Positions 35,999 to 49,798 of a stretch of DNA of 64,000 nt are shown one piece after another. A program made the position numbers and the translations under genes. The notes beneath the pieces are model-generated. The model was not told where the DNA came from, made no database searches, and worked only from the letters and a program-made list of their open reading frames with translations. How positions within the stretch are numbered: position 1 is the stretch's first letter; every line of letters starts with the position of its first letter. Origin of the DNA: Phoronis australis (taxonomy: Eukaryota; Animalia; Phoronida); NCBI GenBank assembly GCA_002633005.1, contig NMRA01000405.1, positions 84,702-148,701 of the forward strand. Direction: 5' to 3'.

Positions 35999-38900
35999 TA
36001 ACTTAGTTGCAATTCTTTTCAACACAGAGAACACAGTTGGATTTTTTAACGTTGTGCTTTCTTTAATAAAGTCTACAGTTTGGTTTGCACAATGTTTTAA
36101 TATCAACTCTATTAATATCAACTCTATTTACACTGGTGAAAATGATGTTTGCACAGCCGGCTTCAAGACCATCCTTACTTCAAAGGTTTGAAATTTATTC
36201 TTGGTAAAACTGAAGTGCCAGATGACCAGATTGATTAGACTGTGTAAATAGTCTGTTCATCTTGTTAAATCAACAGGTCATCTTCACTCCTGTGTGTGTC
36301 AATGCTGGGTCACACATGTTAACTTGCTCAAGTACTTGACTGAAAGATTGCAGTGTTGTTCTATGGGTTCATACATGTGGGTGCTTGTTGCCACCATCTT
36401 TGTCTGGATCTCTGGGTGACTGGTGCTGGCTTCCGCTGCTGCGTCTCCTTACTCCAGGATGTTCATGACATTTGGGTAAATGTCTTTCTGTGAAGCTGCT
36501 GGTGAATGATGAAAAGTTTCGGACTGATCTAACTGCCGCTGTTTTCCCTAGTGGCAATTTTAATTTTTGTACGTTTGCCTCAAGTATGATGGATTTTTAC
36601 ACACGTTTGCGAATATATTTTTATCGAGATTACAACAACATAATCCCAATTTTGTATGGATTTGACAAATTTTTGCACCTGGTAGTGGCCTTTTATTATT
36701 TTCGAGTCTGGTCCTCTGTCTGCCAAACGGCTTGAACGATAATTTTGCTGCGACATCCCCTAGAGGCAGTTTAGGTTTTAGTGGTACACGTAGTTAGCAT
36801 GTATCAGAACTCTACATTGCTCCTCTTACAGTATGACTAGTTTCTGGACTCTGATGTTCAGATGTTAGATGGAGGTCACAACATCAATACAGTCCTCAAC
36901 CGCTTCAATTTTCGGATTTGGAGTAGAACAGAAGTGGAGCTGTAGTGACACGGTGCCCATTCTGTGGCTGCTTACAGCTCCTCATTACCTTTCACTTTAT
37001 TATTCCATCCTATTGCAGCAGGGTAGACAAAAGGATTACATTTCGTTTCTTCTAAAGTTTCCAATGTGTTGCCTGCATCCTGTGAAATTTTGAATTCACC
37101 ATAAGAATTCTTTAATTTCGGACAAAAACAAATGTTACGTCCATGAATTCCTATTTTCTTAGTTTTCATAGAGCTTTACTGGCTTGCAGCAAATGCTCAG
37201 AATTCTGACAATGACAAGTGTATGTAACTTTTTTATCACATCCTTTGTTGCGATAGCAACATGAGAGTCAACTTTTTTCCTTCATATGGTTTGAACCTTA
37301 ATTGAAGAATCAAATCTAGCTATCTCATAGTGCTCTGTTCAGTTCTGATTGGCTACAAAGGAGGTCGTGACCCCCATTGGTTGATCTCTGTTCTTCCTGG
37401 ACTTCATTTCAAGTCATACAAGAATGACTCCTGGCAAATATCCAGCTAAGGTTGTAGCAATGTTTGGGTGTAAGTCTTCACACATTCAAGTATTGCTATG
37501 GGTTTCATCTTTGCCTTTCATCTTAAAATACCAAACATATTTCTCTCACTTGTTTCTTTCTTGAACAAATACTGTTTGCTTATTCTGTTGGCTATACCTG
37601 AGCTAAAGCCCTGTAGTTATACTTGATTGTAAAATATAGTTGTGAAATATTTCAGAGGTAGGTACATTGATCTATGTTGTGCAGACAGGTGGCATGAGAT
37701 CATGTCCCTTGCGGTTTGTGAACGGTCTAATGATACATATAGTATACCTATCTCTCACTCTCTCTCTCTATTGCCCCACTTGTCTGTTAGCAAACACTCA
37801 GAAGGCAACATTCAATATTTGATTTCCTATTAATAAGCTCAACAAGCTCGTAGTTTACATCATCGATTTCCTTTCACTTAAAGAACCCTCTTCTAACTGG
37901 CAATAAGCATGCCTGGCATATTTCTTGCCTTAATTTAGGCAGAAATGTATGTCAGCTCTAAGCTTTCTGTGTTTCGCCTGTTGAAGTACGGATTCAGAGT
38001 TATTTTAAAAGGTTTTTAACCCCTCTCCCCCTTTGCTCGACCACTTTTGAATTCACTGTAAGGATTGTGGAGTGCTGATTTCGCTTACAGCCGGGTAACT
38101 TGTATGACAACTTGCCAATGTTAGTGATAGATCAGCTTCCCTAGCTTGAACTTCCTAGTTGTGTGAAACATTGGCATGGTTTCCTGAGATACCTAATCTG
38201 GTATGATCTAGGTAGTTGTATCTGACCAGACCTCACAAAATTAGATTTTGGTTAGAAGATATTTTCCACAATTATGCAGAGAAGTGTCGGCATGCCAGAC
38301 TGAAATAATATTCAGACAGTAGTGAGTCCAAATAATCTTTCTGGCTAGTTGTCCATTCTGTGAGCTTATTTTAAAATCCAGAAAGTAGTGGATTCAAATG
38401 ATCATTCCGACATGACCACTCAGCTTGTCTACAGTTCTGACAACATATGCCGAAGTTCCATAATAATCAAAACGTGACTTTCTAGACCCACTATTTATGA
38501 CATTTGTTGCTACATAGAACTCTGAGTACAAAGCAGACACAACCTCGGTGGGAGGGTTGCTGTGGATGGGCAGGTATGGTTGGGTTTCTTCAGTTCTATT
38601 CAGTGAACTGTCTTGTGATATTGTCCAAGTGTAACGCATGCTTACACATGATTCCTGGGAGTACACTAACAAATGAAAATGGACGGCAACTCCAATCCTA
38701 GTGTTGAATGAGAGGTTTGACGCAGCTATGTGGCGACTGGTCACAAAGCATTGGGTACACTAGTGGCCTCTATGGGACTTTTTCTTAAAATGCTGTGAAA
38801 GGTTCTTTTCATGAAGTCATACAAGTAGCTGGCAGTTACAGAGTCACTGGTTTCACTTGATATGACTCCATTGCCTTTTCAATGTCTCCCATTGTTACTG

Positions 38901-41900
38901 TAAAGGGAACCTAAACTCCTACAGTTCTTGGTTTTTGTATTCATTCACAAATCTGTGTGACATATCAGTATCTTATGATAGTTAACCAAGGTGGCGACTT
39001 CATGTCAGATAAATGTTGTTTTCTTTGGCTTTAGACTCCCTTTTCATTCACCAGTATTTGGAGAATTATCTCCCCATTCCACCATACTCTTGACACAAGA
39101 TTGTCTCCTTGTACAAAGTTCAATCACAGTGCTCCATTCTTTTTGATTGACAGTTCTAGTTGTATTGTGTAATACGGTACTTCTGAGATCCATTCATGGA
39201 CAAAATCACAATCTTGTGCGCTGGCCAGAAAGTTAGAGTCCTCTGGTAGCGGTTTCTATTGTGCCAGGATGGTTGAACTGTGGCTGTGGCTTGCCCCTGT
39301 TCACATCAAGTGGCTTGTTTATTGAGTTTCACATAACGTTTTGGCCCAGCAGTCTGTTTGAACAGGAAAACCAAGTGAAATGCACTGGATTGTTAAAGTC
39401 TCAAGCAGAGGTGGTATATCCACGTGAACTTGTCCATGAATAAGTTACGCTCTCCCACCTAGTTGCTTGGCAATGCTGTAGATGACAACATTTTGCGAGG
39501 TGTAGGTAAGTTAAAAATTTTTGAATATGAAGAATTGAGCGTGTTGTAGTGACGTGGTGAATATATTGAAAAAGTGTTTGCGCAGCACGTGCCATTATTG
39601 ATAGCAATCCATGTTGATTACTTTGATGTTTCGCTATTCTCGGAATTGGAATGGTAACACTGCAGTCTAAATGGACACCGAAATGCCGATATTGGTGGAA
39701 AAAGAAGCTCTGGGAAGTCCCTCTAAATACAACACATATACCGTTAGATCCANGTCCAAAATGGGGTTCCCAATATTCCAGGGCGTCCATGATTCCGACG
39801 CGTAATCCCCCACCCCCAGCAATGCCCCCAAACACACAGATTTTTTTTACAAAAACATGCTTAGATCAAGGTTTTTACATCTAAGTTTATAAAACAGCCT
39901 TCTATGGTGAGCATTTTTACTTAAAAAAACTGTGTAGACCAAGACTTTTACAATGCTGTCAATCAAGTGTCAAAATAGCAACATATAATGCATATACAAA
40001 GTATATTTCTTTCTGCTTTGAAAAAAACCCACTGTGAGCCTTCAGAGGCTTCCTAGTATTCATTACAGTGTGTGAGTCCAAACTTGAAAGGTTCCTATTG
40101 ACAGTGGGTGTCCAAATGATACATTGGGCGTCCTTGCCAGGGCCTCCAAATTAGTGCTAGAGTCCATTTGGACGCCCAGGACGTACGCTGCATAAAGGCC
40201 TGGTTAGTACCCAAGGTTCGCTTATAAATCCTACTATTTTAAGTGAAGTATCACTTGCAGATTAACTACCGGAGTTAACCTTTCCTTCTTACTGAAACTT
40301 GGGTAAAAGCGAAGTTTTGCTTCTAGTGGGAAAGCGACTTAAGGCCTTCTGATAGGATGCCTGTGTGAACTGTGACTGAACACACAGTCTTATTCTAAGT
40401 GGCAGATTGGCCTTTTATTTCATAGGTCCTATCTTAACTCTGGTATAAAATGACATTTGAACGCTATCAATCTTGAAACACCTTTTTTCTACTTTCTTTT
40501 CTTTCTAATTCGATCATTCTGTCTGATGTTTGTGCCACATGAGGTTGTTTACACAAACCATTCTCACAGTTTGTGAATGGTGCCCATGCAACAAAGGTGA
40601 TAGCAGCTAACACAACCTCCACCTTTGCTGTCCCATTATTGTAATAACACTTGCCTGTTTGTTGATCAAATTTTCCATCAATCCAGGGTGAAAGTGTTTG
40701 TGTAACAAGCATTGTGTACTATTCTCTTGATCTAAGTTCCCATCATTGGTACCAGGGGGTACTGGGAGACCTCAGATGTAGAGTAAAATGGTGACATCAC
40801 ATTATGTGTTGCTAGAAGGAGCCTGCTGTGTGGCTCAAATCATAGCATTGAGCTGTGTTGTCTGGGGCCTGGTGCTCAGGCATGGTTGGAGTAGTGGATT
40901 CATGACCATTGACTTGGAAACAGAAGGTGTGTGTGGTGATTTTGAAATCTAAGGAAAGAAAATGAAATAAAACTGTCTTCTATGGTTGAGTTGTGGAATA
41001 TTTTCTGGATGATTTTGTATCATTCTTCAACTGTAGCGTGAGAATGGTTGACTTCAGTTATACTTACATGGATGTCTTAAACAACGCATTGTTTTGATTT
41101 TGAAATGCCGGGGCTCTGTCTGTGCCATACATATCATTCTGGGCCTAGTGCCGTATTTGTTGCTTAATTTTATGTCATGTTAATGGTTTTGGCAGATTTG
41201 TTCTCAAAATTGGTGACTATTAAAGGTAGAACTCGCCCTAAGCAAAATTCCAAACATGGTGCCTCATGATTTTTTGTCGTAATCTTTCTTTTTGCTATCG
41301 GCAGAAAAAACTTTCTCGTTATTTTCATCTACTTATTACGCCGCTGTCATTGTTACAAAGCAGTTAGGAAACAAGAGGTATAAGTATTATGGTGGAAAAT
41401 TTCAAACATTTGCCTTGTAAAGCTGTAAAAGTTCTGTTCTTAGAAACATGGCCCAATATTTTATACAGTACTCCACAGTTTTTCAAATGTGACTCGAGAT
41501 TTCCAAAACGGTTAAGAACTTTTCAAACATGATGCAACGCCACGTTTGACTATTTAGGGAGGAGACTGGTCAAAAGGGTTCACCACCAGTTTTTCACTGA
41601 AATTATGAAATTGTTATTGTATTCAGCTGGCAAACTCCTGCTCCATTAACATTCCTGGTTGTCAGAAGCTGGTGATTCATTGTCAAAGAATTTCAATCCA
41701 CTTAACCCTGTTTAACAATTTTTTATCATGGATCCTGTCCTTAATTCATAGGTCTTTTGAAACATCCTCTTGCTTCTATTCACCTCCTTATAAATATCAA
41801 CCTTGTCTGTTAACAGCAACCTAGATACCACCAGGAGTCTCCTGGCAACTATAAACAAATGCCAAGAGTGTTCATCACATTAAAATCGCATGTAACTAAC

Positions 41901-43198
41901 ATTTTGATGCGTTTTGTTTTCATTCAAAATGCCTATACATTACTGCCCTTTTGCCTGTTTGTAAGGCTGTGCAAGAAAAATCTGTTTAGTTGACAAGTAA
42001 CGTGAAGTCATTGAGGCCTGAACCTGGATTTGACAGTTGATGAGATATCTGTTTCAATATCTCAGTTTATTAATACTAGAAATTAATAAATTTCTTGTCA
42101 TCCATGCAATCAGTTGCTGTGTGACTGGTTATCTTTAACGTTTCTTGTTAAAGAGGTTAGTGGATTGCCGTATTTTAGTCGAGTAGCAACTTTCAATGGT
42201 GGTTCAAGCATTCAAGGTATACCAGTTTCAACTTGTCTTACTGCCATCTTGTCATTTTTAGATGGGATCAGTCTTATCTGGCAAAAATATGTGGAGTTTA
42301 TTTCTTGGGTATCTTATGTTTGTTAGGCTTTAAGGAGATTGTGGAGCTCAGACATGAGGAACAATTTATCAAGTTGTCCAATGAAACAAGACTAGAGAAG
42401 GCCTGTCTTGGGCTGCGCTACACAGGCCATGTCACGTGGGTGAAAGGCGAGTGTTTCAGGAATGGTTGTTATCGTACTAGTGTAAACTAGAAAACCGTAG
42501 CCACTGAAGTTAGGTTGGACTATTGAATTATGGGATACATGATTAATAAATTATGTTTTGTAATTCACTGTTTCCAAGTGCCACGGATTGACCGTTGCAA
42601 ACTACGGTCAGTCACTGAATGTTTACACTGCTACCATTGCCTGGAAAATGCTACGGTCAGTTTCATGTCATTGCATTTTTCGTTATTAGTGATTTTTGTA
42701 ATAACATTTCCTGAAAACTTTTTTCATTGGAAAAAGTTCAGTGAGTATTGAATTTGCTTGCAAGTTCCCAATGTCTCCGTAGCTACGACGCTGTGTAAAT
42801 TAATGTCGTGAGTGTTCAACTGTTACGTTTCTCTATCAGTGATGATTTTTCTTACGAGAGTTCTTGATAAGTAGGTCATCACTTATTCCCCGATTGCAAT
42901 TTGTGTCACATGTTTTTGGCCTTGACCCCCTCTCTGGGAAATTGTGCTGGAAAAATGTCCGAGGGTGTCGGCTTCAACGACCAAGAATGTTTCGAAAAAG
43001 AAATGTAACCAGTGTTACAGAGAAGAGTGAACCACATCATTCTCATGTGTGTAACTACCTTTCATCCTCTTTGGGCTCAAGAAGTTTCCACGGACCACTC
43101 TATTGCCATCAAGCGACGAGACATTGTGTATGGGAAAATGGCTGTGGCTTTATAGTGTACAACAAGAGGAGAAGGCTTTCATGAGCTGTGGCTGATTA

Positions 43199-44310
43199 CT
43201 GTATTCGGCCTAATAGTCGCCCATGCCCGCGTTTTCAGATTTTGTTGAAATAAGTGCCCAGCCCATGAAAGTGTACATGGGAATAATGGTTTACCTACAG
43301 TGACAAAGTTCTATAGTAAAGTCTTCAATTTATCAACAAGATCCGGCAGTCCTGAAAAAAATCATTTTGCGTGGAGTTTTCTAGACCACCAACCTAGCTG
43401 CTATATTTAGCCGTGATTATACACTTCAAACTTACACTGTGCTTCAAAAAGAATGCAAAAGTTTTGCTGGTCTTGCGAGGAAGGTGTCCCACTGTGGTCT
43501 GGCCTTTCAGAACAGACAAAGGGTACTTGTCAATGGGATTGAATCTTTTCCGTACAAATTCCATATCTTCTCCCTCGACAGGATTCCAAATTTCTTTGTA
43601 CACGTGAAAACTGCAATTGAAGATTAAAAAACTTGGTGTTAAAAGCACGTGGCTAAAAAGCACGCGCTACATACCTGTCATCGCAGTCTTCAGGACCTAT
43701 CTATTCATAACGAGTAACATAGCATCGGCTAGAAATAAAAATTGGCACTAATTTCCCAAAGTTTCTAATACCGTAAGAAAACTATTGCGTTATTTTTAAG
43801 AGGTATTGTTTCATTATTCATAATTAGTGTTTTTAAAGTCAAATATCAGATAAAATGACACACTGACAGTGAACACTTCCACACCCTTACACCTGAATCT
43901 CCCGGAAAATAACTGTCAGATTGTGTATCTAGTCACCCGGTGACTAGATGACATTTAATATCGGCCTTACCGTGACAATTGTCAAACGTTTTTTAGCAGA
44001 TGAGACCAGCAAGTGCTAAATAAAACATGTTCTGCTTTACTGCTTGTGCTAATTTCTTTAGATACAATGCACATCTAGCTTGTGACATTGCGTTTACTCT
44101 GGCAAATGAACTCTGATGACACGCGTACACTGGCTCACTCGCTTACGCAGACGAACTTCAAAACATACGTCACGTGACAGCAACATGTGTGTTTATCCAT
44201 TGGTTTTTCTCGTGTTGCGAGGTACAATCATAGATGGTACGATCTAACGCAGATTTGGACTTAACCTGCTGTTAATTCCAACTATACCCGGAACTTAAAA
44301 ATCTAAAGAG
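43199..44310. mobile_element. Third copy of the HIRAN-carrying Tc2/pogo-like element, lacking the far TIR
   Basis: Starts TA|CTGTATTCGGCCTAATAGTCGCCC and is colinear with 18969-20110, for example ATCTCCCGGAAAA(A)TAACTGTCAGA and GCAAATGAACTCTG.TGACAC. Confidence 0.85.
43311..43625 (-). pseudogene. Stand-alone HIRAN-domain gene, second copy
   Basis: ORF 43394..43663 gives SFHVYKEIWNPVEGEDMEFVRKRFNPIDKYPLSVLKGQTTVGHLPRKTSKTFAFFLKHSVSLKCIITAKY. After indels it continues GGLE.PRKMIFSGLPDLVDKLKTLL* (stop 43313-43311). Confidence 0.8.
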
Positions 44311-46516
44311 ATAAAAACCATTTACTAGTCCTATAATTTTTGGTACATTGGATGAGGTGAATGCCCTAAATAATGGGCTAGTTGTATTGTGGAGATGACT
44401 ATTAAAATGGTGTTTGGTTGCCTGGACCTCTGACTGCTGTATGCATGTTGAGCCGAGTCATACTGTGATAACACCTGGGGCCCATTTCCTACTAAATGTC
44501 GACCCAGTTGCAATAGTGCCAGGGGGATTGGTGACAAACCATATAGATTTACTGGCACCCTCAAGAGGTGCATTATCTGGCAAGTTGAGCCCTGGGAAAT
44601 TGGTTCTTGCCTTGGGGAAATGACGTCATGTCTTTATTTGTAACTTAATATTTGAATCCTCGATTTTCTGCGATAAGAGAAAATGGACGGAATTTAATGA
44701 AACCGGAGGTTTCTATCGGAATTCTCAAATTTCAGTAGTTGATTCCATAGTTCTTGATATTTCCTTGTTTTTTTAATTTTGAAAATTATCAATTTCTGGC
44801 CTCTAATCGATATCATTTTCAGCAGGCATGTTCGTATTTGTTCTTTTTGGAGTTTTGTAAAATTGAACGCTTGATGTTAAAATGTATTTCCCTGTTTTTA
44901 AAATTGAAAAATCATTCTCTACTGCTAATGAGATTATCATGGTTACCTGCATTGAATTTACATAAGGACGTTCTTGAATTTTAATTTTGATTTAATTGTA
45001 AGCTGTTGAAAATTTTGACCAGGTTTTGTACTTTTAAGCGTTTTGCACTATTAAGTGGTGTCTTTTTTCTGCTTGACCTCTTGGATAGATGGTGTACTTG
45101 ACCGAAGTTATATGATTTCAATAATTACCTTAAACCTGAAACCTTTGATTTGGAAGGGGGGTATTCCACTGTATATTGATTTGGAATGCTACTGGAAAAT
45201 GATGACACTCTCCAATTAGAATAGTGGACTCAAAAAAGGAGGCCAATTTGTGGAGTATGATTTCATTAACCTTACCCTTTCATAGATATTCTTAAACAGA
45301 TATTCTTTTAGCCCATGAAACCTGAGCTAGGGCCCGAACAAACATGCTTTTCCATTCATAGGAAACAAATGGATAATATGGATTATTGTTGTACAAAATG
45401 TTACCGTTTTGTAGAGTTTCCAACCCCCAAAAAGTGAACCCTTTCATAAAGAACTAAATCAGAAGTGCTCGCTTTTGTAGAGAATTTTTTGGAAAGGGGA
45501 CCCTTTCTTTGAGAAAGTAGTCGTGAAAGTCTTGCATCTGAGTGGCACATCCTATACACACTTTCTACGGTATTTCAGTAACCCCCCCGGATTTGAAGCA
45601 CTACAAGGTATTTCACATTGCTAGTATGACAGATTCACCTGACTACTTTTCCTGCAAATTGAGGTTTTCGCTAGGTGTAAAATTTCTTGGCGAGCCTTTG
45701 AAAGCTAAGATGGTTTCAACTGAGTTTATTTTGAGACTATCCTTTTTCAGTTGTTTCAGCCTCTCAGACAGCAACTTTGTTTGCCAGGTCAGTGTCATGC
45801 CTGAGCAAAAATCCAAACATGGCGCAAATTCTGGGTCACGTTTTTGTGTCATTCCTCTCTGTTAATTTATAAAAACGACTATTTCATATTATTTTCACTT
45901 GTGCATATCACCACCATTTTTCACTGCAAAACAATAGAAGTAACCACTGTGTAACACTATTTCATTCATTTTGTGAAGCAGGAGAAAATGGCTTTTCAAG
46001 CATGGCTTAAGATTATAAACATGGCTGTGGGTTTTTCAAACATGGCTCAAGATTTCCAAATGTGATGCAAAACATTTCAATCATGGTGCAACACCATGAT
46101 TACATGTAGGAAGAACACTACAGCGTCTTAATGCAATATCGTATTGTAAGCAGTTCCATATAGAACACTAGAGACCCTCTTTTGATGTTGGCAGTTCCTT
46201 ACATTATGCATCATTTTGAAGAAATAAAATCTGAAACGAGTTGATGAAACAGACCATTTGATTGAAGTGTCTACATCCTTAAGAAAGCCAATTTTTAGAT
46301 GTTATTTTACATCCGTATTTGTAGTCTTGATATATATCCGATTTAACATTGCAGTGGACAGTTTATGAAAAACACTTTGTGCATTGAATGTTTTGATACA
46401 AATGTTTGCAACATAGTTTCCACACAGTATTGAGATTGACATATTCATACACACTGAGGAGATCAGGAATGAGGTGCCCTCTACTAACTCTGATTGGATT
46501 TCTGTGTTTGATCAGA

Positions 46517-46589
46517 GGTCTCGATGGCTCAATGGGTAGAGTCTGCATGGTTAACAAAAGGTCCTGGGTTCAAGACCCAGTCGGGGGCA
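46517..46589 (+). pseudogene. tRNA-like sequence (tRNA pseudogene or head of a second SINE family)
   Basis: A box TGGCTCAATGGGTAGAG and a perfect T-arm CTGGG-TTCAAGA-CCCAG. The acceptor stem is imperfect and the anticodon arm is disrupted. Confidence 0.55.
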
Positions 46590-47605
46590 GAAAGAAGTAG
46601 ACTCTACAAGTTGACTTGTTAGGGTGTGTCATTTTATTCTCCAAGCGTGGTCTCTAGCAATAATGAAGTGTCAGTTCTTTGCTTTGCCTAGGATCACTTG
46701 TCACCTGAGTAAGGAACGGAAAAGTTGTTTAGCTAATATGCAGTGTAAAGCATAACTTGTTTTTCGACTGTGCAGGTTTATAGTTGGTTTACCAACATTC
46801 ACACCGTGCTTATTTAAACAGATTGATATTACATATGACCTTCATCAAGTGTGGACAAGAGATCCCAGCATGTGTAATTGTCCTTAATTAACACGATTAG
46901 CAGTCTTAATTAACCAGCTCACATTAGGCTGTTATGCATTAAACACACACGTACACATTATCACTGGTTGCTTCCTGCTGTCACCTGTAAGAGCCCCCTC
47001 TTGAAGCGTGGGTGTCGTTTGCCCTCCTACGTCATACCTGGCACCCGTCTGTTGACACTCAGTGTAGTTAGGACAGCTTATCTCTTGAGCATTCTCCGGA
47101 AGATTAATCCACGATATTGGATATATAAAAACTATAAACGGTGCCAGGGGCTGGTGTCAAGAGCAGGTGAAACAAAGTATGCAGATATAATTTCGCCCAG
47201 TGTTTTATGCAAAATACTGTTGGTTTGATGCCGCTGAGTTGGCAAGCGACAAGTTTTCACCAGAGGAATTTATCAATGTAGTGAGTGAGGGAGTCTGGTT
47301 GCCTTGGGCACTTATGTGAGTTTTGCTGCTGAAATTGTGAGCGTTATGGTCACTACATGAACAAGATGCCTCGGTGTTTGAGCATGGTTGCCTACCTTGC
47401 CATTAACGAATAGTCCGTGTGTCATTGCAAGTTTTTGGTGGAATAATCAATGTATGTCTGTAAACAGGTGCACATCACGTTTCTACTTTTTGGTTGCTAG
47501 CAAATGGAGCAGGTATCTTTCTTCTCACCCCGTATATTATTAATGCATATTGCAGGTGTTGAGTCTGGTCAATACATTGCAATAATCGTTTTGTTTTTAT
47601 TGCAG

Positions 47606-47656
47606 TTTTTTACCTCTGGATTAACTTCGAGGGATCCTACAACATCTATGGATTAG
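47606..47656 (+). other. Candidate 51-nt internal exon of the plus-strand gene
   Basis: cgttttgtttttattgcAG|TTTTTTACC...CTATGGATTAG|GTGAGT, with consensus acceptor and donor. Confidence 0.6.
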
Positions 47657-49101
47657 GTGAGTGTACTCAGAGTGTTATATAAGTGTAACAATAGTTTCAA
47701 TTACATCAAGGGTCATTTGGCCGAAAGTAATTGCCGACTTGCCCTTGTTCATTATTCAGAGATGTAGGGCTTTTGTTATAGAGGCTAAAAATTAACCTTC
47801 AGCACTCTTCCAAACACTGGGGTCCAGTGGATTCACTTGCCGAAAATGTTTGGGTCCATCTATTTCACTATCTTGGAGTCCATTACAACAGTCCATAAAT
47901 CATAGCACTGGCATAGGAGCTGACTATGTCCGTTCTATAGTTGAAAACGTAGGCGCATCACGTTGTATTATTGTATTGTTATCAATGGAGAATAGGGGAT
48001 GAATGATTTTCAAGTCTTTACAACTGATGAAAGTTGCATCTAAGGCGAAGCACACTGAAACTATGCATGTGTCCCCTTTAGTTCAGTTGCATCAAATGGT
48101 GGAGCACATCCTCAGGCAAATACTGGTAGTCTGATGGCTGTTGTTCTGCGCGAACCCATCTGTGGAAATTATTCACTAATTTTGGACAAAAAGTGTTTAC
48201 AAAAATTGTCATTTTTCCGTGTTTGAAAAGCTGAAAATAATGGAATTTTCATCAAATGCTGTTTTATGACATGTATACTCTACAAATCAAGCCGCAACAG
48301 GCTGAAATTTTCCTGATTTGATAAGTCTCCAATTTGTGACATTGAGAAATTAATTACTTTGCTCAAGGTTAGAGCTTGTCCCAAATTCTAGAAATAGGCA
48401 ATATTGACTATCCCAAATTCAAGAATCACTGGAAAGAAAGCAAAATTATGTACTCAGTACATTGAAAACACAATGTTTGAAATTTGAAAAATGTGATCAA
48501 TGCCAAAGTCGTCAAATTTTGCAGGAGTTTCCTTGTCCCAAAGTCTAGGACAGTCCCAAATTTCAGGACTATTCCAATTTCTAGGACTTCCCTCAATTGG
48601 AGAATTTTTGTCAACATTTGTTTTTTGTGAAACTTGGCAAAAAATAAAATTTCACTTGGCCGTCATATCCTGTGCTGAACAGGCGAAGTACCACCTAACT
48701 ACATAATCCTGCACTGGTGTGTATTAACTTTTCAACGTGGTACTGTGCGTTTGATGGCTAGAACATGAACTCCTGAATCTTGTGAACTCTGTGTAAGCGT
48801 TCTCGTGGTGATATTTTGTACTGGCGAGGGAGACAACTCTTGCTAGAACAGGTCATCATTGCGGCTGCGGTTGGGCTGACTTATCAACCACCTTTGAAAG
48901 CTAACCATCAAAGAGTATTTCGTTGACAAATTATTGTTTGCTTACAACATTCTGTCGACAACATTTAAGTGTATGAAATTTAGTTGCAAGTTGAAATGCC
49001 TTGTAGGAACTATGTTGTGTCTCAAATGCGAAAGACAGTCACCAGATCTCACCTAATCACCTGCTTTTGATATCTTTACTCAGTGTGCCATTGTACTACC
49101 A

Positions 49102-49204
49102 ATATCCATACAGTATGCAAAGTGTTGCATTGTGGGTATAAATGTGCATATCCAAGCAGTATGCAAAGTGTTGCATTGTGGGAATAAATGTGCATATCCA
49201 AACA
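49102..49204 (+). repeat. 46-bp tandem repeat interrupted by a MITE (third unit resumes at 49799-49842)
   Basis: ATATCCA.ACAGTATGCAAAGTGTTGCATTGTGGG.ATAAATGTGC at 49102 and 49148, with a third unit split at 49194/49799. Confidence 0.85.
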
Positions 49205-49798
49205 CTCGCTGGTTCCCTGCGTGCTTAGCCCAGCCAGCACGCAGGTATCACCTAGTGGCACGCGCTTTAGCATTGGTCGATGTAATCTTGGCAGTCATTG
49301 GTTAGCTTTACAACACCTTGAAAAAATGGCGGACTGTGAACGATTTTTAGCCTTGTCATGCAAGTGGCGTCGCATTAACTATTTCGTTTCTGCAGTGATG
49401 TTTAATAGCCGCGTGCTTGAAACACATACATGCACAATAAACACACATTATGTGGCCGACGGATTTAACCGGTGTGTTATTCATAGTGTATAAGGACATT
49501 ATCGTAAACAAAAGTCATCGACAGTAGAAAGATGCGTTCCGAAAAGGCTCAGTCACAATTTCTAGGCTTCACATTTCCTGAACATAAATTTTAAGCACCG
49601 ATTTGTCTGTACAACAGACCACATTTACACTTCAGTCCATCAGCCATGCCAGTTTGTTTGCGCAAAGCGCTGCCTGTTGACGAATCGACTAGCCAATCAG
49701 AAACGCCGGTGTAAAAAAATTTACAGAGGAAATTTAAGTGATACCTGCGTGCTGGCGCGGCTACCGCCCCACCTAGCGGCACGCAGGGAACCAGCGAG
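49205..49798. mobile_element. 594-bp MITE with perfect 20-bp TIRs and a 9-bp TSD (Mutator-like by TSD length)
   Basis: ATCCAAACA|CTCGCTGGTTCCCTGCGTGC ... GCACGCAGGGAACCAGCGAG|ATCCAAACA, plus a sub-terminal inverted repeat CCAGCACGCAGGTATCAC/GTGATACCTGCGTGCTGG. Confidence 0.9.

Noticed and set aside
39753-39753. Ambiguous base N within ORFs 39401..39835 and 39651..39884
   Set aside because: A sequencing or assembly ambiguity inside repeat-derived DNA. The ORFs have no recognisable protein features.
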